64,000 nt of DNA. It comes from Candidatus Latescibacterota bacterium. GTDB lineage: Bacteria; Latescibacterota; UBA2968; GCA-2709665. The position numbers were made by a program, and so were the translations under genes. Location of the stretch: NCBI GenBank assembly GCA_965219995.1, contig CBDCOX010000002.1, positions 224,001-288,000 of the forward strand, written 5' to 3'. Below the pieces are notes generated by a model. It worked only from the letters and a program-made list of their open reading frames with translations, was not told the origin of the DNA and made no database searches. The first letter of the stretch is position 1. Each line of letters starts with the position of its first letter. Positions 38,599-48,112 of this stretch are shown piece after piece.

Positions 38599-39942
38599 AT
38601 GGAGAATGCAGCTGAGCGGACGGTTCGGGAGGCGCCGCGGGGCTTAGGAGGACTGTTGCGGAATATCGGTCCGGGCGTGGTTGTGTCGGGGTCGGTGGTC
38701 GGATCCGGCGAGTTGCTGGTTACCACGCGAATGGGCGCCGAGGTGGGCTTCGTGTTCCTCTGGGGGGTGATCCTGGCCTGTCTGGTCAAGTTCTTCATCC
38801 AGCTTGAACTCGGGCGCCAGTGCGTTCTGCACAACAGTACGACGATACAGGTACTGGATCGCGTGCCCGGAATGCGGCTGGCGAATACGTCGTGGGCGGC
38901 ATGGTTGTGCGTGCTGGGATACTTCTCGGTAATGATCGCCGTGATCGGCATCCTGGGGTCGGTGGCCGGTCTGATGGTGACCCTCCTACCCGGTGTCCCG
39001 TACAACGTCTGGGCCGTTCTGGTTTTCGCGGCCATCTCGATCCTGTTGTACCGGGGTCTGTACGCCGACCTGGAACGCATGATCACCATACTGGTTGCGG
39101 GCTTCAGCCTGGTCGTCATCGGGTCCGTCGCGGCGATGCAGGCAACGCCCTACGCCGTGGGCGGCGACGAGGTATTGTCGGGGTTTCGCTTCGCGTTGCC
39201 GGCGGACGGGGCGTTCGTGGCCATGGCTGTGATGGGGTCGGTGGGTGCGACGGCGGTGGAGTTGTTTATGTATCCTTACTGGGTGAGGGAGAAAGGGTAT
39301 GCGGATTTCGTGGGGCCCCGTGAGGATACGCCCGAATGGCGCGCGCGCTATCGGGGCTGGATGCGGGTGCTGAAAACCGACGCGCTGGTCTGCACGGGAA
39401 TCGCATTGGTGATTACCTGCGCCTACTATCTGCTTGGCGCTTCGATTCTCAAGAAACTGAACGTGGTTCCCCAGGGCATGGAGGTCGTCGAGCAGGTATC
39501 GCTGATTTTTACCCGAAGCATCGGACCGTGGACCAAGAACGTGTTCATGTTCGGCGCTTTCTGTACGCTGTTTTCCACGCTGCTCGTCTTTACGGCCAGT
39601 TCGGGGCGCATCAGCGTGGATTTTCTGAGGCAGACGGGGGTCGCCAGTCTCGATCATGAAGGCGGCCGGCTTCGGCTGCTGAGGGCACTGCAGATCGCTT
39701 TTCCGTTTCTGTGGCTCTGTGTGACCATTGCAACTCCCGATACGCCGCTGGCCCTGGTGCTGATCGGGGCCAATGCCAATAACCTGCTGCTGATTCCGAT
39801 GGCCTACGGCGTGGTGCACCTGGCGATGCGCGCCGCGGACACGGAACGGATGTCCGTCTGGACGGAACTTGGATTGCTGCTGACGATCTGGGCGATCGTC
39901 AACTTTACCGCGATCAACCTTTATCTGAATTGGACGCGTTAG
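38599..39942 (+). CDS. Nramp-related (YcsG-like) secondary transporter
   Basis: IGPGVVVSGSVVGSGEL, GSVGAT, YPYW, TLFSTL; about 11 TM segments. Confidence 0.8.
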   Translation: MENAAERTVREAPRGLGGLLRNIGPGVVVSGSVVGSGELLVTTRMGAEVGFVFLWGVILACLVKFFIQLELGRQCVLHNSTTIQVLDRVPGMRLANTSWAAWLCVLGYFSVMIAVIGILGSVAGLMVTLLPGVPYNVWAVLVFAAISILLYRGLYADLERMITILVAGFSLVVIGSVAAMQATPYAVGGDEVLSGFRFALPADGAFVAMAVMGSVGATAVELFMYPYWVREKGYADFVGPREDTPEWRARYRGWMRVLKTDALVCTGIALVITCAYYLLGASILKKLNVVPQGMEVVEQVSLIFTRSIGPWTKNVFMFGAFCTLFSTLLVFTASSGRISVDFLRQTGVASLDHEGGRLRLLRALQIAFPFLWLCVTIATPDTPLALVLIGANANNLLLIPMAYGVVHLAMRAADTERMSVWTELGLLLTIWAIVNFTAINLYLNWTR

Positions 39943-39967
39943 GGATCTGGAAAGACGCAGAATCCTG

Positions 39968-39997
39968 AAGGGCGGCCGGTCGCGGCCGCCCTTTTTC
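39968..39997 (+). terminator. Rho-independent terminator
   Basis: AAGGGCGGCCG-GTCG-CGGCCGCCCTT then TTTC, downstream of the Nramp-like gene. Confidence 0.75.
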
Positions 39998-40041
39998 TGA
40001 TCGACACGCGCAGAGTCCCGGCGTGGGAGCCGTGGCGACGG

Positions 40042-42393
40042 TCAATCCGACGTCTCCACCCAGATGGGTGTGCTCCATCCCTTCGCGCCCATGGCGTGCG
40101 CGACGTTGCCGGGGTATTGGGGGATGGGTTCGGGCGACAGGACTTCGAGGTGGTAGTAGTGCCTTCCGGGACGGTACCGGCACAACCGGAATTCCCTGCG
40201 CTCGCCCCGGGTCCGGCCGATGAACCTTTCGTCGTGCATCAGACGCCCGTCCCGGTGGATGCGCAGGATGTATTCACATCCGGCCTCTCCCACGACGCGC
40301 CATTTCAGCACCGGATCGTCCCTCACGAGCAGCGAACTGCCCATCATCCGGTCGTTGATCGTGAATTCGATCAGGATCTGCTGGCCGGCCGTCGCGTAAC
40401 AACGCCTGGCCCTGATCGCGTCGAGGAAGGCGGCCCGGTCCAGCCGATCGGCCCAGATGCCGGTGAGCGCGCCGCTCAGGCCCGGGTTGCGGTGGTGGCT
40501 GTCGCCGCTGCCGGTGAAGGCGAATTTTCGGCCCGCGTCAAGGTATTTGAAATAGACGTCGTACAGGTCGATGTTGATCATCCAGCCGGCGCATACGTCG
40601 ACGCCCCATTCCACGTCCGTGTCGTAAAGATTCCATTTCCCGTTGTGGGGATGGGGGAGCGGCAGGTAGCCCTTTTCCTTGAACCAGGCGAGGCACTCCC
40701 GGGTGTCCTTGTGGGTATGCCGCTCGCCCTTCGTGTGAGCGTCCTTGTACTTGAAGTGCAGCAGGTCCATCTCCATGTCGTCGTCGTCCGACATCACCGA
40801 CCGGTGGTCCCGCCCGGAGTCCACCCGGTCGGTGATGGTCATTTCGTAACCCGGAAACATGGCGAATTGCCCCGGATCATTCAGGACCATCGCGTTGCCT
40901 TTCACGTAGTCCCACTCATAGTCTTTCAGGTGCCGTACGTTCCGGCGCGCGGGCAGATTCCAGAAGCTATCGTTGTCGGAAACGGTCATTCCGTCGATCT
41001 GCGCCTTGTCGCGGGCGTAGTGACCCAATTCATCCGGCTCGCCCTCTACTTCAATGGATGCCGCCGAGTGGCAGTGCAGGTCCAACCAGAAGAGGTGGTA
41101 TTTGCCGCGTTCCGCGCCGGGCAGTTCGTTGTCGGGCCGTTCCGTGCGCCGCCGCCTTTCGAACGGAAGCCGGACTTCCTTCCATTCGGTCAGGTCGATA
41201 CGGCGGTTTTCAACGGGTACCACGGGGAGATCGACTGTCAGGCGCGCGTTTTCCAGATATCGCTCGTCGGTAACCATGTCTTGAGACATCAGGTAAACCC
41301 CGGTACTGACCGTGCCGTTGTGGGGAAGCTCATAGAAGACGTTTCCTTCGGCGACAGTGCGAGGATCCGACCAGACGCCGTCGACGCAGGGTTGGCCGAA
41401 GAGGCGGCCCGTGGAAGTGAGCGTGCCCTGTTCGCTGTCGGCCTTGACTTCGTAGAACAGCCACACGCCGCCGGATTCCGCGCCCTTGAGGATGGGGAAT
41501 AGCCGCCTGCCCATGTGCCCCAGGTTGGGCGGTTTCGGAAACTCGGTCAGCAGCCCGTAGTGCAGCGGGGCGATCTCCGTCCCTCCTTCGGCACCGGAAA
41601 CCGGCTCCCAGGACAGGCCGTCCAGCCGGGCGCACCGCAGGGAATACTTCTGCTGCAGGGTGCTGTCCCTGTACATGACGTCCACGCCGCGCACCCACGC
41701 CGCCCAGAGTGAACCTCCCGTGTCCCTGCAGAGCGTCGACCTGTTCTCCCACCCCTCGTCGGTGCTGATCCGGACCACTTTCCGCGGGCCAGAGGGATCG
41801 ACAGCGCACCCGAATATGTCGTAGGTGCGTTCCACGTAGCTGTCCCAGATGATATAGATGCCTTCCGACCCCCATTCGACCATCCTGGGCCGGTAGTTGT
41901 AGCGTCCTCCGTTTCGAATCGTCCAGGTCGCGGTTGTGCCATCCGGTAGTGTCCTGAGGACCCGGATGCTGCCGTTTCGACTGACGGATTCGGCCCAGCT
42001 GATCCACAGAGCGCCGGTTTCGTCGAGGAGGGCCTGCGGCTCCCAGACTTTCGCCGACGCAGGCAGGATCAGGCATGTCCGGCAGGGACTGAACGAATTC
42101 CCGTCCCGCCTGCGGGTTCTGAACGCGTACTGGCGGCCGGTCTTTTCCAGCCAGACGAATACCACTTCATTCCCGTCGGGTATGCAGATGGGACGGGTCT
42201 GCATGGCGTCGTTCGTGGATATCGGCTCAATTGGACCCGCGGTCTCTCCGGCGAACTGTCGAACGAAAACCCTCGACCCCTCGGCCGCGTAAGCCGCCCA
42301 GGCCGCCCAGCAGGTGTTGCCGTCCTGCAGGGTGCACAGATTGGGTTCGTAACTGTCGTTCGAATAGACGCCCTCTGTGACGGCAATTTTCAC
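40042..42393 (-). CDS. Hypothetical protein with N-terminal propeller-like region and C-terminal PHP-like (DUF3604/CehA-like) metallohydrolase domain
   Basis: DLHCHS, SDND, PGYE, PHPH, GSGDSH, LTGIWA...R.RRCYAT. Confidence 0.65.
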   Translation of the reverse strand: MKIAVTEGVYSNDSYEPNLCTLQDGNTCWAAWAAYAAEGSRVFVRQFAGETAGPIEPISTNDAMQTRPICIPDGNEVVFVWLEKTGRQYAFRTRRRDGNSFSPCRTCLILPASAKVWEPQALLDETGALWISWAESVSRNGSIRVLRTLPDGTTATWTIRNGGRYNYRPRMVEWGSEGIYIIWDSYVERTYDIFGCAVDPSGPRKVVRISTDEGWENRSTLCRDTGGSLWAAWVRGVDVMYRDSTLQQKYSLRCARLDGLSWEPVSGAEGGTEIAPLHYGLLTEFPKPPNLGHMGRRLFPILKGAESGGVWLFYEVKADSEQGTLTSTGRLFGQPCVDGVWSDPRTVAEGNVFYELPHNGTVSTGVYLMSQDMVTDERYLENARLTVDLPVVPVENRRIDLTEWKEVRLPFERRRRTERPDNELPGAERGKYHLFWLDLHCHSAASIEVEGEPDELGHYARDKAQIDGMTVSDNDSFWNLPARRNVRHLKDYEWDYVKGNAMVLNDPGQFAMFPGYEMTITDRVDSGRDHRSVMSDDDDMEMDLLHFKYKDAHTKGERHTHKDTRECLAWFKEKGYLPLPHPHNGKWNLYDTDVEWGVDVCAGWMINIDLYDVYFKYLDAGRKFAFTGSGDSHHRNPGLSGALTGIWADRLDRAAFLDAIRARRCYATAGQQILIEFTINDRMMGSSLLVRDDPVLKWRVVGEAGCEYILRIHRDGRLMHDERFIGRTRGERREFRLCRYRPGRHYYHLEVLSPEPIPQYPGNVAHAMGAKGWSTPIWVETSD

Positions 42394-42502
42394 GGTAACG
42401 GTTCCTCGTGCAGGGACGTTTTCGGGGAAGATCCGGGGCCCGTGGTTCGGATGCCCGCTCTGGAACGATGGAGTAAGGTCCTGGCCGTCCTGGATCGAGC
42501 CA

Positions 42503-44131
42503 CTAGGTTCGCTTCCACGGTTCTCCGGCTGCAGTCACTTCCTCCCGGGTCGTGGCATCGGGTCCAAAGCGGATGTGTCGGAAGGCGAATGGGATATGGC
42601 GTCTGCCGAACAGGGCGTGGGTAAGTCCCCATTCGGACAGACTAAAGGCGACAGTTGCCGCCAGACCGACGCATATCGTGTAACCGATCCACGCGGCGAA
42701 GCTGCCCGCGGACAGAAAAAGGGGTTGATGAAACGCGTCGGTCCGGACGACAAGCGCCGCGAAAATGGTGCAGATGACGGCGTTGAATGTAATCACGCCC
42801 TCGGTGACCAGACGCCGCGGTGTGAATTCGACGATCTTCAGGGCGAAGTTGAAGTTGACGACCCACCAGAGGAAGACCAGATAGAAGAGCTGGCCCGTTC
42901 CCGTCCACGTATCGGGAATGAATGAAATCGGCTTGGAGCGGTGTGCGTGCATCAGCCAGAACAGGGCGATACCGATGGCAATGTATACCAGTTCAAGCCA
43001 GCCGATCCACCCCTTCGACCGCACGAACCAGCCTGCAACCGGCAGGCCGTAGGGCCTCTTCGGCAGCGACGCCACCTTATCCACCCAGTTCAACGGCGCC
43101 TTTCTGTGATTGAGATAGGTGAGTCCCACCAGGACGAATCCCGTCGCGAACATCCCGGTCCACCCGGGCAGCGGGTCCGCATTCGAGCCGGCAGGCGCGA
43201 CGGTCGATAACAGCCCCATGCAGACGGCGATGGCAATGCCGAACAAGAGCCCTTGGGTCTGCTCCATGACGCTGTGCCAGTTGGTCTGTAAACCGGTGCG
43301 GATGTTCAGCAGTTTCAGGAGTTGCCCCAGCCCGAAGCCGATGCCGCCGATGAATCCCGTGATCAGTCCTGCAAAAGCCAGACCGTAGAGGTCGTACCGC
43401 CAGCAGTAGATCAGCAGACCGGCGGCAAGGCCGACACACCCGGCCCAGTTGTCGCCCCTGGGCGGGGTCATCCGGAGCTTGAGGACGACGACAAGCACCA
43501 GGAAGGACACGAACCACCCGATGGTCATGTGGAGCACAAGCGACGTGGCAATATCGAAGCCGCCGCGGAAGAGAGAAACGACGAAGCCGGCGGCCATCGC
43601 CACCAGGTTGGCAAGCCAGTCGGTATCGTACCAGGAAAGAGCGGCTCTGCCTGATTTGCCGGCACCCGAAAAAAGCAGGTCGACCAGGACCGACTGCAGC
43701 GCCCACCCCGCAAAAATCGCGGCCAATGGGGCAAAGAAGAGGGCAAGTCGGTCTCCGGTGAAGAATACGGGAAGCGCGGTTCCCGCTCCGCCCAAAAACG
43801 CCCACAGGAAGCCGATGACGAAGAGGTTGGCGAATCCGTACAGGACGGAAGGCGGGTGGCCCGAGTGCGTGTATCCAACCACGCCCATATACGACATGCT
43901 TCCACCGAAAGACCAGCCGAGCGCGCCGAACATGGCGAAGTAGTGAACGTGCGCAAGCCAGTCGGAACGGCCGGATACCAGAACGGCCGCAATGGCCGCC
44001 AGCGCACCCGGTATGGCCGCACCGTATTCGTGGCCGAAGTTACCGCGAATGCCCCATCCCACGGATAGGGAAAGGCCGCAGAAGGCCACGAGTTGCCATG
44101 TGATGCCGCTTGCCGCCAGGTGGAGATCCAT
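42503..44131 (-). CDS. Polytopic membrane protein of unknown function
   Basis: More than 12 hydrophobic segments; GWGIRGNFGHEYGA, WSFGGSMSY, NWHSVMEQ. Confidence 0.7.
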   Translation of the reverse strand: MDLHLAASGITWQLVAFCGLSLSVGWGIRGNFGHEYGAAIPGALAAIAAVLVSGRSDWLAHVHYFAMFGALGWSFGGSMSYMGVVGYTHSGHPPSVLYGFANLFVIGFLWAFLGGAGTALPVFFTGDRLALFFAPLAAIFAGWALQSVLVDLLFSGAGKSGRAALSWYDTDWLANLVAMAAGFVVSLFRGGFDIATSLVLHMTIGWFVSFLVLVVVLKLRMTPPRGDNWAGCVGLAAGLLIYCWRYDLYGLAFAGLITGFIGGIGFGLGQLLKLLNIRTGLQTNWHSVMEQTQGLLFGIAIAVCMGLLSTVAPAGSNADPLPGWTGMFATGFVLVGLTYLNHRKAPLNWVDKVASLPKRPYGLPVAGWFVRSKGWIGWLELVYIAIGIALFWLMHAHRSKPISFIPDTWTGTGQLFYLVFLWWVVNFNFALKIVEFTPRRLVTEGVITFNAVICTIFAALVVRTDAFHQPLFLSAGSFAAWIGYTICVGLAATVAFSLSEWGLTHALFGRRHIPFAFRHIRFGPDATTREEVTAAGEPWKRT

Positions 44132-44141
44132 GACGTTACTC

Positions 44142-46235
44142 TCAATCGACGTCGATCAGGAGATTGCCGTAGTCGTCCACGGTTACGGCACAATCGGGCG
44201 GAACAAGGGTTGTGGAGTCGATTTCCTCCACGATGGCGGGACCCGTGAAGCGGTTGTTCGCCTGAAGGCGGTACCGGTCGTAGATCGACGTGGGCGCCGG
44301 TTCGGTGGAACCCGGCATGCGGACGTCGCGTTTCGCCTTCAGGGCCGTGCGCGAGGATGGTCCGCCCTTGGGAACCTGCCGTCGGCTGGGGCGGGGCACG
44401 GCGCCCACGGCTGAGAGACGCGCGTTGACGATTTCGGTGGGCTCGTCCCGGGTTGCGAAACCGTACTGGCGCCGGTGGGCTGCGAAGAAGGCGTCGTTCA
44501 TCTTCCGGGGAAGGCTTTCCGACAATTGGGCAACGGGTACCCGAAGTTCGTAGGACTGGCCCAGATACCGCATATCGGCCTCGCGGACGAAGCGGATGTT
44601 GTCGCGGGTGACCCCCTCGCTCAGAAGCAAGCCGGTCGCATGGTCTTCAAACTCGCGGTAGATGGCCGTAAGTGCCGGCAGGTCCAAATCGTCCGTCTTC
44701 GAGATATAGGTGCGAACGTAGTCGTGGCGCAGGTCCGTAACGAGCAGTCCGAGCGCTGTGGTCACGCCCGGGCTGGGCGGTACGAGGACGGTGCGGATGT
44801 GCAGCGCCCTGGCAAGCGCGGCGGCATGGAGGGGGCCGGCGCCGCCGAAGGCCACCAGGACGAACGCGCGGGGGTCCACGCCTTTCTGGACCGACACGAG
44901 TTGGAGGATGCCCGTCATATTGGCATTGGCGATTTCAATCAGACCGGCCGCGGCCTCGTCGACGGCCATATTCAGTGGCCCTGCGATGCGCCGGTCGATT
45001 GCCAGTTCCGCGAGCGATCTGTCGAGGCGGAGTTCACCACCCAGAAAGTAACCGGGATCGAGCCGGTCGAGAACGAGGTTTGCGTCCGTCAGCGTGGGTT
45101 CCGACCCTCCCTTTCCGTAACAGGCGGGTCCAGGCGCCGCGCCCGCGGATTGCGGGCCCACGGCAAGCGCCCCGCCCGGATCAACGTGGCCGATGCTCCC
45201 GCCGCCGGACCCGATTTCAACCAGATCGATCACGGGCGTCTTTACGGGATAACCCTGACCCTTGTCGCGGGTCGTGGTTGCAACCGCCGCATCGCCGACC
45301 TCGAATTCGGCAGCCAGGCGCGGCCGGCCGTTTTCGATGAGCGCGGCCTTCGCGGTTGTGCCGCCAATGTCCAGCGCAATCAGATTTTCGTACCCGGCCA
45401 GCCGGCCCACGTACGAAGCCGCGATGACGCCCGCTGCCGGACCGGATTCGATGAGCTGTACGGGCTGCTGCCTGGCGGTCCCGGAGGCGATGATGCCGCC
45501 GCCGGAGGTCATCAGGAACAGGCCGGAACCCGGGTTTACCGCTCCGAGCCGGTCCTCCAGGCGTTCCACGTAGGCGCCCACCGCCGGAAGCAGCGCGGCG
45601 TTGACGGCCGTTGTGCTGGCGCGGGTATATTCGCGGTATTCGGGACAGATGTCGGAGGAGACGCAGACGGGCAGACCGGGACATGCGTCCCGGATGATCC
45701 CGGCGGCCCTCCGTTCGTGCGCCGGGTCCCGGTACGCGTGCAGGAAGCACACGAGAATCGCTTCCACCCCGTCCTCGGCCAGTCTACAGGCGGCACGGTA
45801 CACGGCGGCCTCGTCCAGGGGGACGAGCACCTCCCCATGGGCATCGATACGTTCGGGTACGCCAATGCACAGGTGGCGCGGAACGAGCGGAGGAGGTTTG
45901 TCGTAATCGAGGTCGTAGAGGTTGGGCCGAATCTGCCACGCGATCTCGAACAGATCACTGAAACCTTCGGAGGCGATGAGGCCGATCCGGGCGCCTTTTT
46001 GCTGGATGATCGTGTTGGTCGCCACGGTCGTACCGTGTACCACGAAGCCCACCTGCCGGGCCGTGAGCCCCTGGTTGTCGAGGCCGCGGGTATACGCTTC
46101 CATGAACGCCCGTGACGGATCGTCAGGAGTGGAGGATACCTTGACGGGGCGGAAGTCGCCCGTGTTCTCGTCCATCACCACGGCATCCGTAAACGTGCCG
46201 CCGATGTCGATGCCGATGCGGTATGAATCACTCAT
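44142..46235 (-). CDS. Hydantoinase A / oxoprolinase family subunit
   Basis: DIGGTFTD, HGTTVATN, ESGPAAG, GPQSAGAAPGPACYG; start MSDSY overlaps the stop of the B gene. Confidence 0.92.
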   Translation of the reverse strand: MSDSYRIGIDIGGTFTDAVVMDENTGDFRPVKVSSTPDDPSRAFMEAYTRGLDNQGLTARQVGFVVHGTTVATNTIIQQKGARIGLIASEGFSDLFEIAWQIRPNLYDLDYDKPPPLVPRHLCIGVPERIDAHGEVLVPLDEAAVYRAACRLAEDGVEAILVCFLHAYRDPAHERRAAGIIRDACPGLPVCVSSDICPEYREYTRASTTAVNAALLPAVGAYVERLEDRLGAVNPGSGLFLMTSGGGIIASGTARQQPVQLIESGPAAGVIAASYVGRLAGYENLIALDIGGTTAKAALIENGRPRLAAEFEVGDAAVATTTRDKGQGYPVKTPVIDLVEIGSGGGSIGHVDPGGALAVGPQSAGAAPGPACYGKGGSEPTLTDANLVLDRLDPGYFLGGELRLDRSLAELAIDRRIAGPLNMAVDEAAAGLIEIANANMTGILQLVSVQKGVDPRAFVLVAFGGAGPLHAAALARALHIRTVLVPPSPGVTTALGLLVTDLRHDYVRTYISKTDDLDLPALTAIYREFEDHATGLLLSEGVTRDNIRFVREADMRYLGQSYELRVPVAQLSESLPRKMNDAFFAAHRRQYGFATRDEPTEIVNARLSAVGAVPRPSRRQVPKGGPSSRTALKAKRDVRMPGSTEPAPTSIYDRYRLQANNRFTGPAIVEEIDSTTLVPPDCAVTVDDYGNLLIDVD

Positions 46236-47986
46236 CGAGTCGAACTCCGTTCGAGGCGTTCGCGCTGCGCCAGCGTCGCCTCGTGGGCCGCGGACCATGT
46301 CGCCGCGTCATAGATGACTCCGTAGGTTTCACTCGCGGTCCGAGGTGATACCTTCCCGGCTCTCACGTCTCTCACTACGGCGTCCGGTTCCCGTTCGTGG
46401 GGGTGTCCGAAACCTCCCCCGCCAGGGGTCTGCACGCTGACGCGGCCGCCCTTCGGCACGGTGATGCTGACTTTGGAGGGAAGTTTTTCCGCACTGCCTT
46501 CCGGATCCAGAATGAACAGGGCGGTGCGTCCGTCCCCACCGCCCCTGAGTCCCCATGGTGGAAAACGCGTGCCGTCTGAGAGGACCGTAAAGATGGTATC
46601 GCAGTCCGGAAACTCAAAATCCCTCCTGATGCCGAGGCCGCCGCGGAAACGACCCGGGCCCCCGCTGTCGGGTATCAGGCCGTACCGGGCGAAGCGGATG
46701 GGATAGTTGATTTCCACCTCCTCGACCGGCGCGTTTTCCGTATTGTGGATGGTGGTCTGGATGGCATCCGGACCGTCCTTGGCGGGGCGGGCGCCGTTGC
46801 CGCCGCCAACGGTCTCCATGTAACAGTAATACGCTTCTTTACGCGGATCGTTTCCCGCGAAACCCAGGTTGCAGATAATGGCTTTGCCGCAGGCGGGAAT
46901 CCGGTCCGGCAACGCGTCGCGCAGGGAGGTGAGGGTCAACTCCGCCGTGAGTTGCGCCAGTTCCCACGCGCCGACCACGGCGGCGGGCCAGGTTGCGGTG
47001 AGCACGGTATTGTCCGGTCCGATCACGTCCATGCATCGGTAGAGCCCGTCGTTGACCAGGATGCGCGGATCGATCAGGCTCTTGATGACCACCGCGATGG
47101 CGGCCAGTGTATTTGAGCGCGTGGCGTTCAGCGGGCCTGTCTGCTGCGGCGCGGACCCGGTGACGTCCAGTCTGGCGCTTCCGTCGCGGAGTTGGACGGC
47201 AACGGCGATTTTGACCGGTTCGTCGTCGAATCCGTTGTTGTCGCGATATCCCTCAGCCTTGTATACACCTGCCGGCAATGCGGCGATCTCACGCCGCGCC
47301 CAGCGCTCCGTATAGTCCAGCAGTTCGTCGAAGAAGGCCTCCACCTGGCCGACGTCGTAACGGTCCATGAGTTCGGCGATGCGTGTAGCGCCCACCAGGT
47401 TCGCACCCATCTGCGCGCGCAGGTCCCCTCCGGTTTCGTGGGGCGCGCGCACGTTTTCGAGGATGAGGCCCAGGACGTCGTTGTCGATTTCCCCCCGGCG
47501 CATGATTTTCGTGGGGGGGATGATGATGCCTTCCTGGTAGATCTCGCGGTTGACGCCCAGGCTGCTCGGCGTGCTGCCCCCCACGTCGACGTGGTGGGCC
47601 ATGTTGGCCAGGTACCCGAGCCGGGTCTTTCCGGCAAAGACCGGCGCGATCAGGGCGATGTCGTTCAGATGGCTGCTTCCGCGGTGAGGATCGTTCAGGA
47701 CGAGGCCGTCGCCGGGACCGAGGTTCTCCGCGCCGTATTCCCGGAGGGCGTTCGGGATCGCGGTCTTCATGGATGAGAGGTGCGGCGGCTGCGAGAAAGA
47801 TTGTGCGACCACTCGGAATGAAGCGTCGAAGAAGGCACAGGAAAAGTCGGCCCGGGTCTTGATATTCGTGGAGTACGCGGTTCGGCGAATGGTGTACGCC
47901 ATCTCCTCGGTGGCGTTGAGCAGTGCATTCTTCATCACTTCGAACGTGATGGGGTCCATGGTCAGTTGAGATGATCGCTCGGACAT
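46232..47986 (-). CDS. Hydantoinase B / oxoprolinase family subunit
   Basis: DPITFEV, RTAYS, NDPHRGSSHLND, HHVDVGG, DSGGPGRFRGG, PGGGGFG. Start at 47986 or 47959. Confidence 0.92.
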   Translation of the reverse strand: MSERSSQLTMDPITFEVMKNALLNATEEMAYTIRRTAYSTNIKTRADFSCAFFDASFRVVAQSFSQPPHLSSMKTAIPNALREYGAENLGPGDGLVLNDPHRGSSHLNDIALIAPVFAGKTRLGYLANMAHHVDVGGSTPSSLGVNREIYQEGIIIPPTKIMRRGEIDNDVLGLILENVRAPHETGGDLRAQMGANLVGATRIAELMDRYDVGQVEAFFDELLDYTERWARREIAALPAGVYKAEGYRDNNGFDDEPVKIAVAVQLRDGSARLDVTGSAPQQTGPLNATRSNTLAAIAVVIKSLIDPRILVNDGLYRCMDVIGPDNTVLTATWPAAVVGAWELAQLTAELTLTSLRDALPDRIPACGKAIICNLGFAGNDPRKEAYYCYMETVGGGNGARPAKDGPDAIQTTIHNTENAPVEEVEINYPIRFARYGLIPDSGGPGRFRGGLGIRRDFEFPDCDTIFTVLSDGTRFPPWGLRGGGDGRTALFILDPEGSAEKLPSKVSITVPKGGRVSVQTPGGGGFGHPHEREPDAVVRDVRAGKVSPRTASETYGVIYDAATWSAAHEATLAQRERLERSSTR

Positions 47987-48112
47987 GCCCGGTCTCCCTG
48001 AAGGGCTTCCCCGGGAAGGAAGCAGGGGTGCACGAAGAGTGGTGTGATCGGTTGTGGCGCGCCGGCGGAACCGGAAGTCCATCCGCACTTTCGCGCCGCA
48101 GGACGTTGTTTT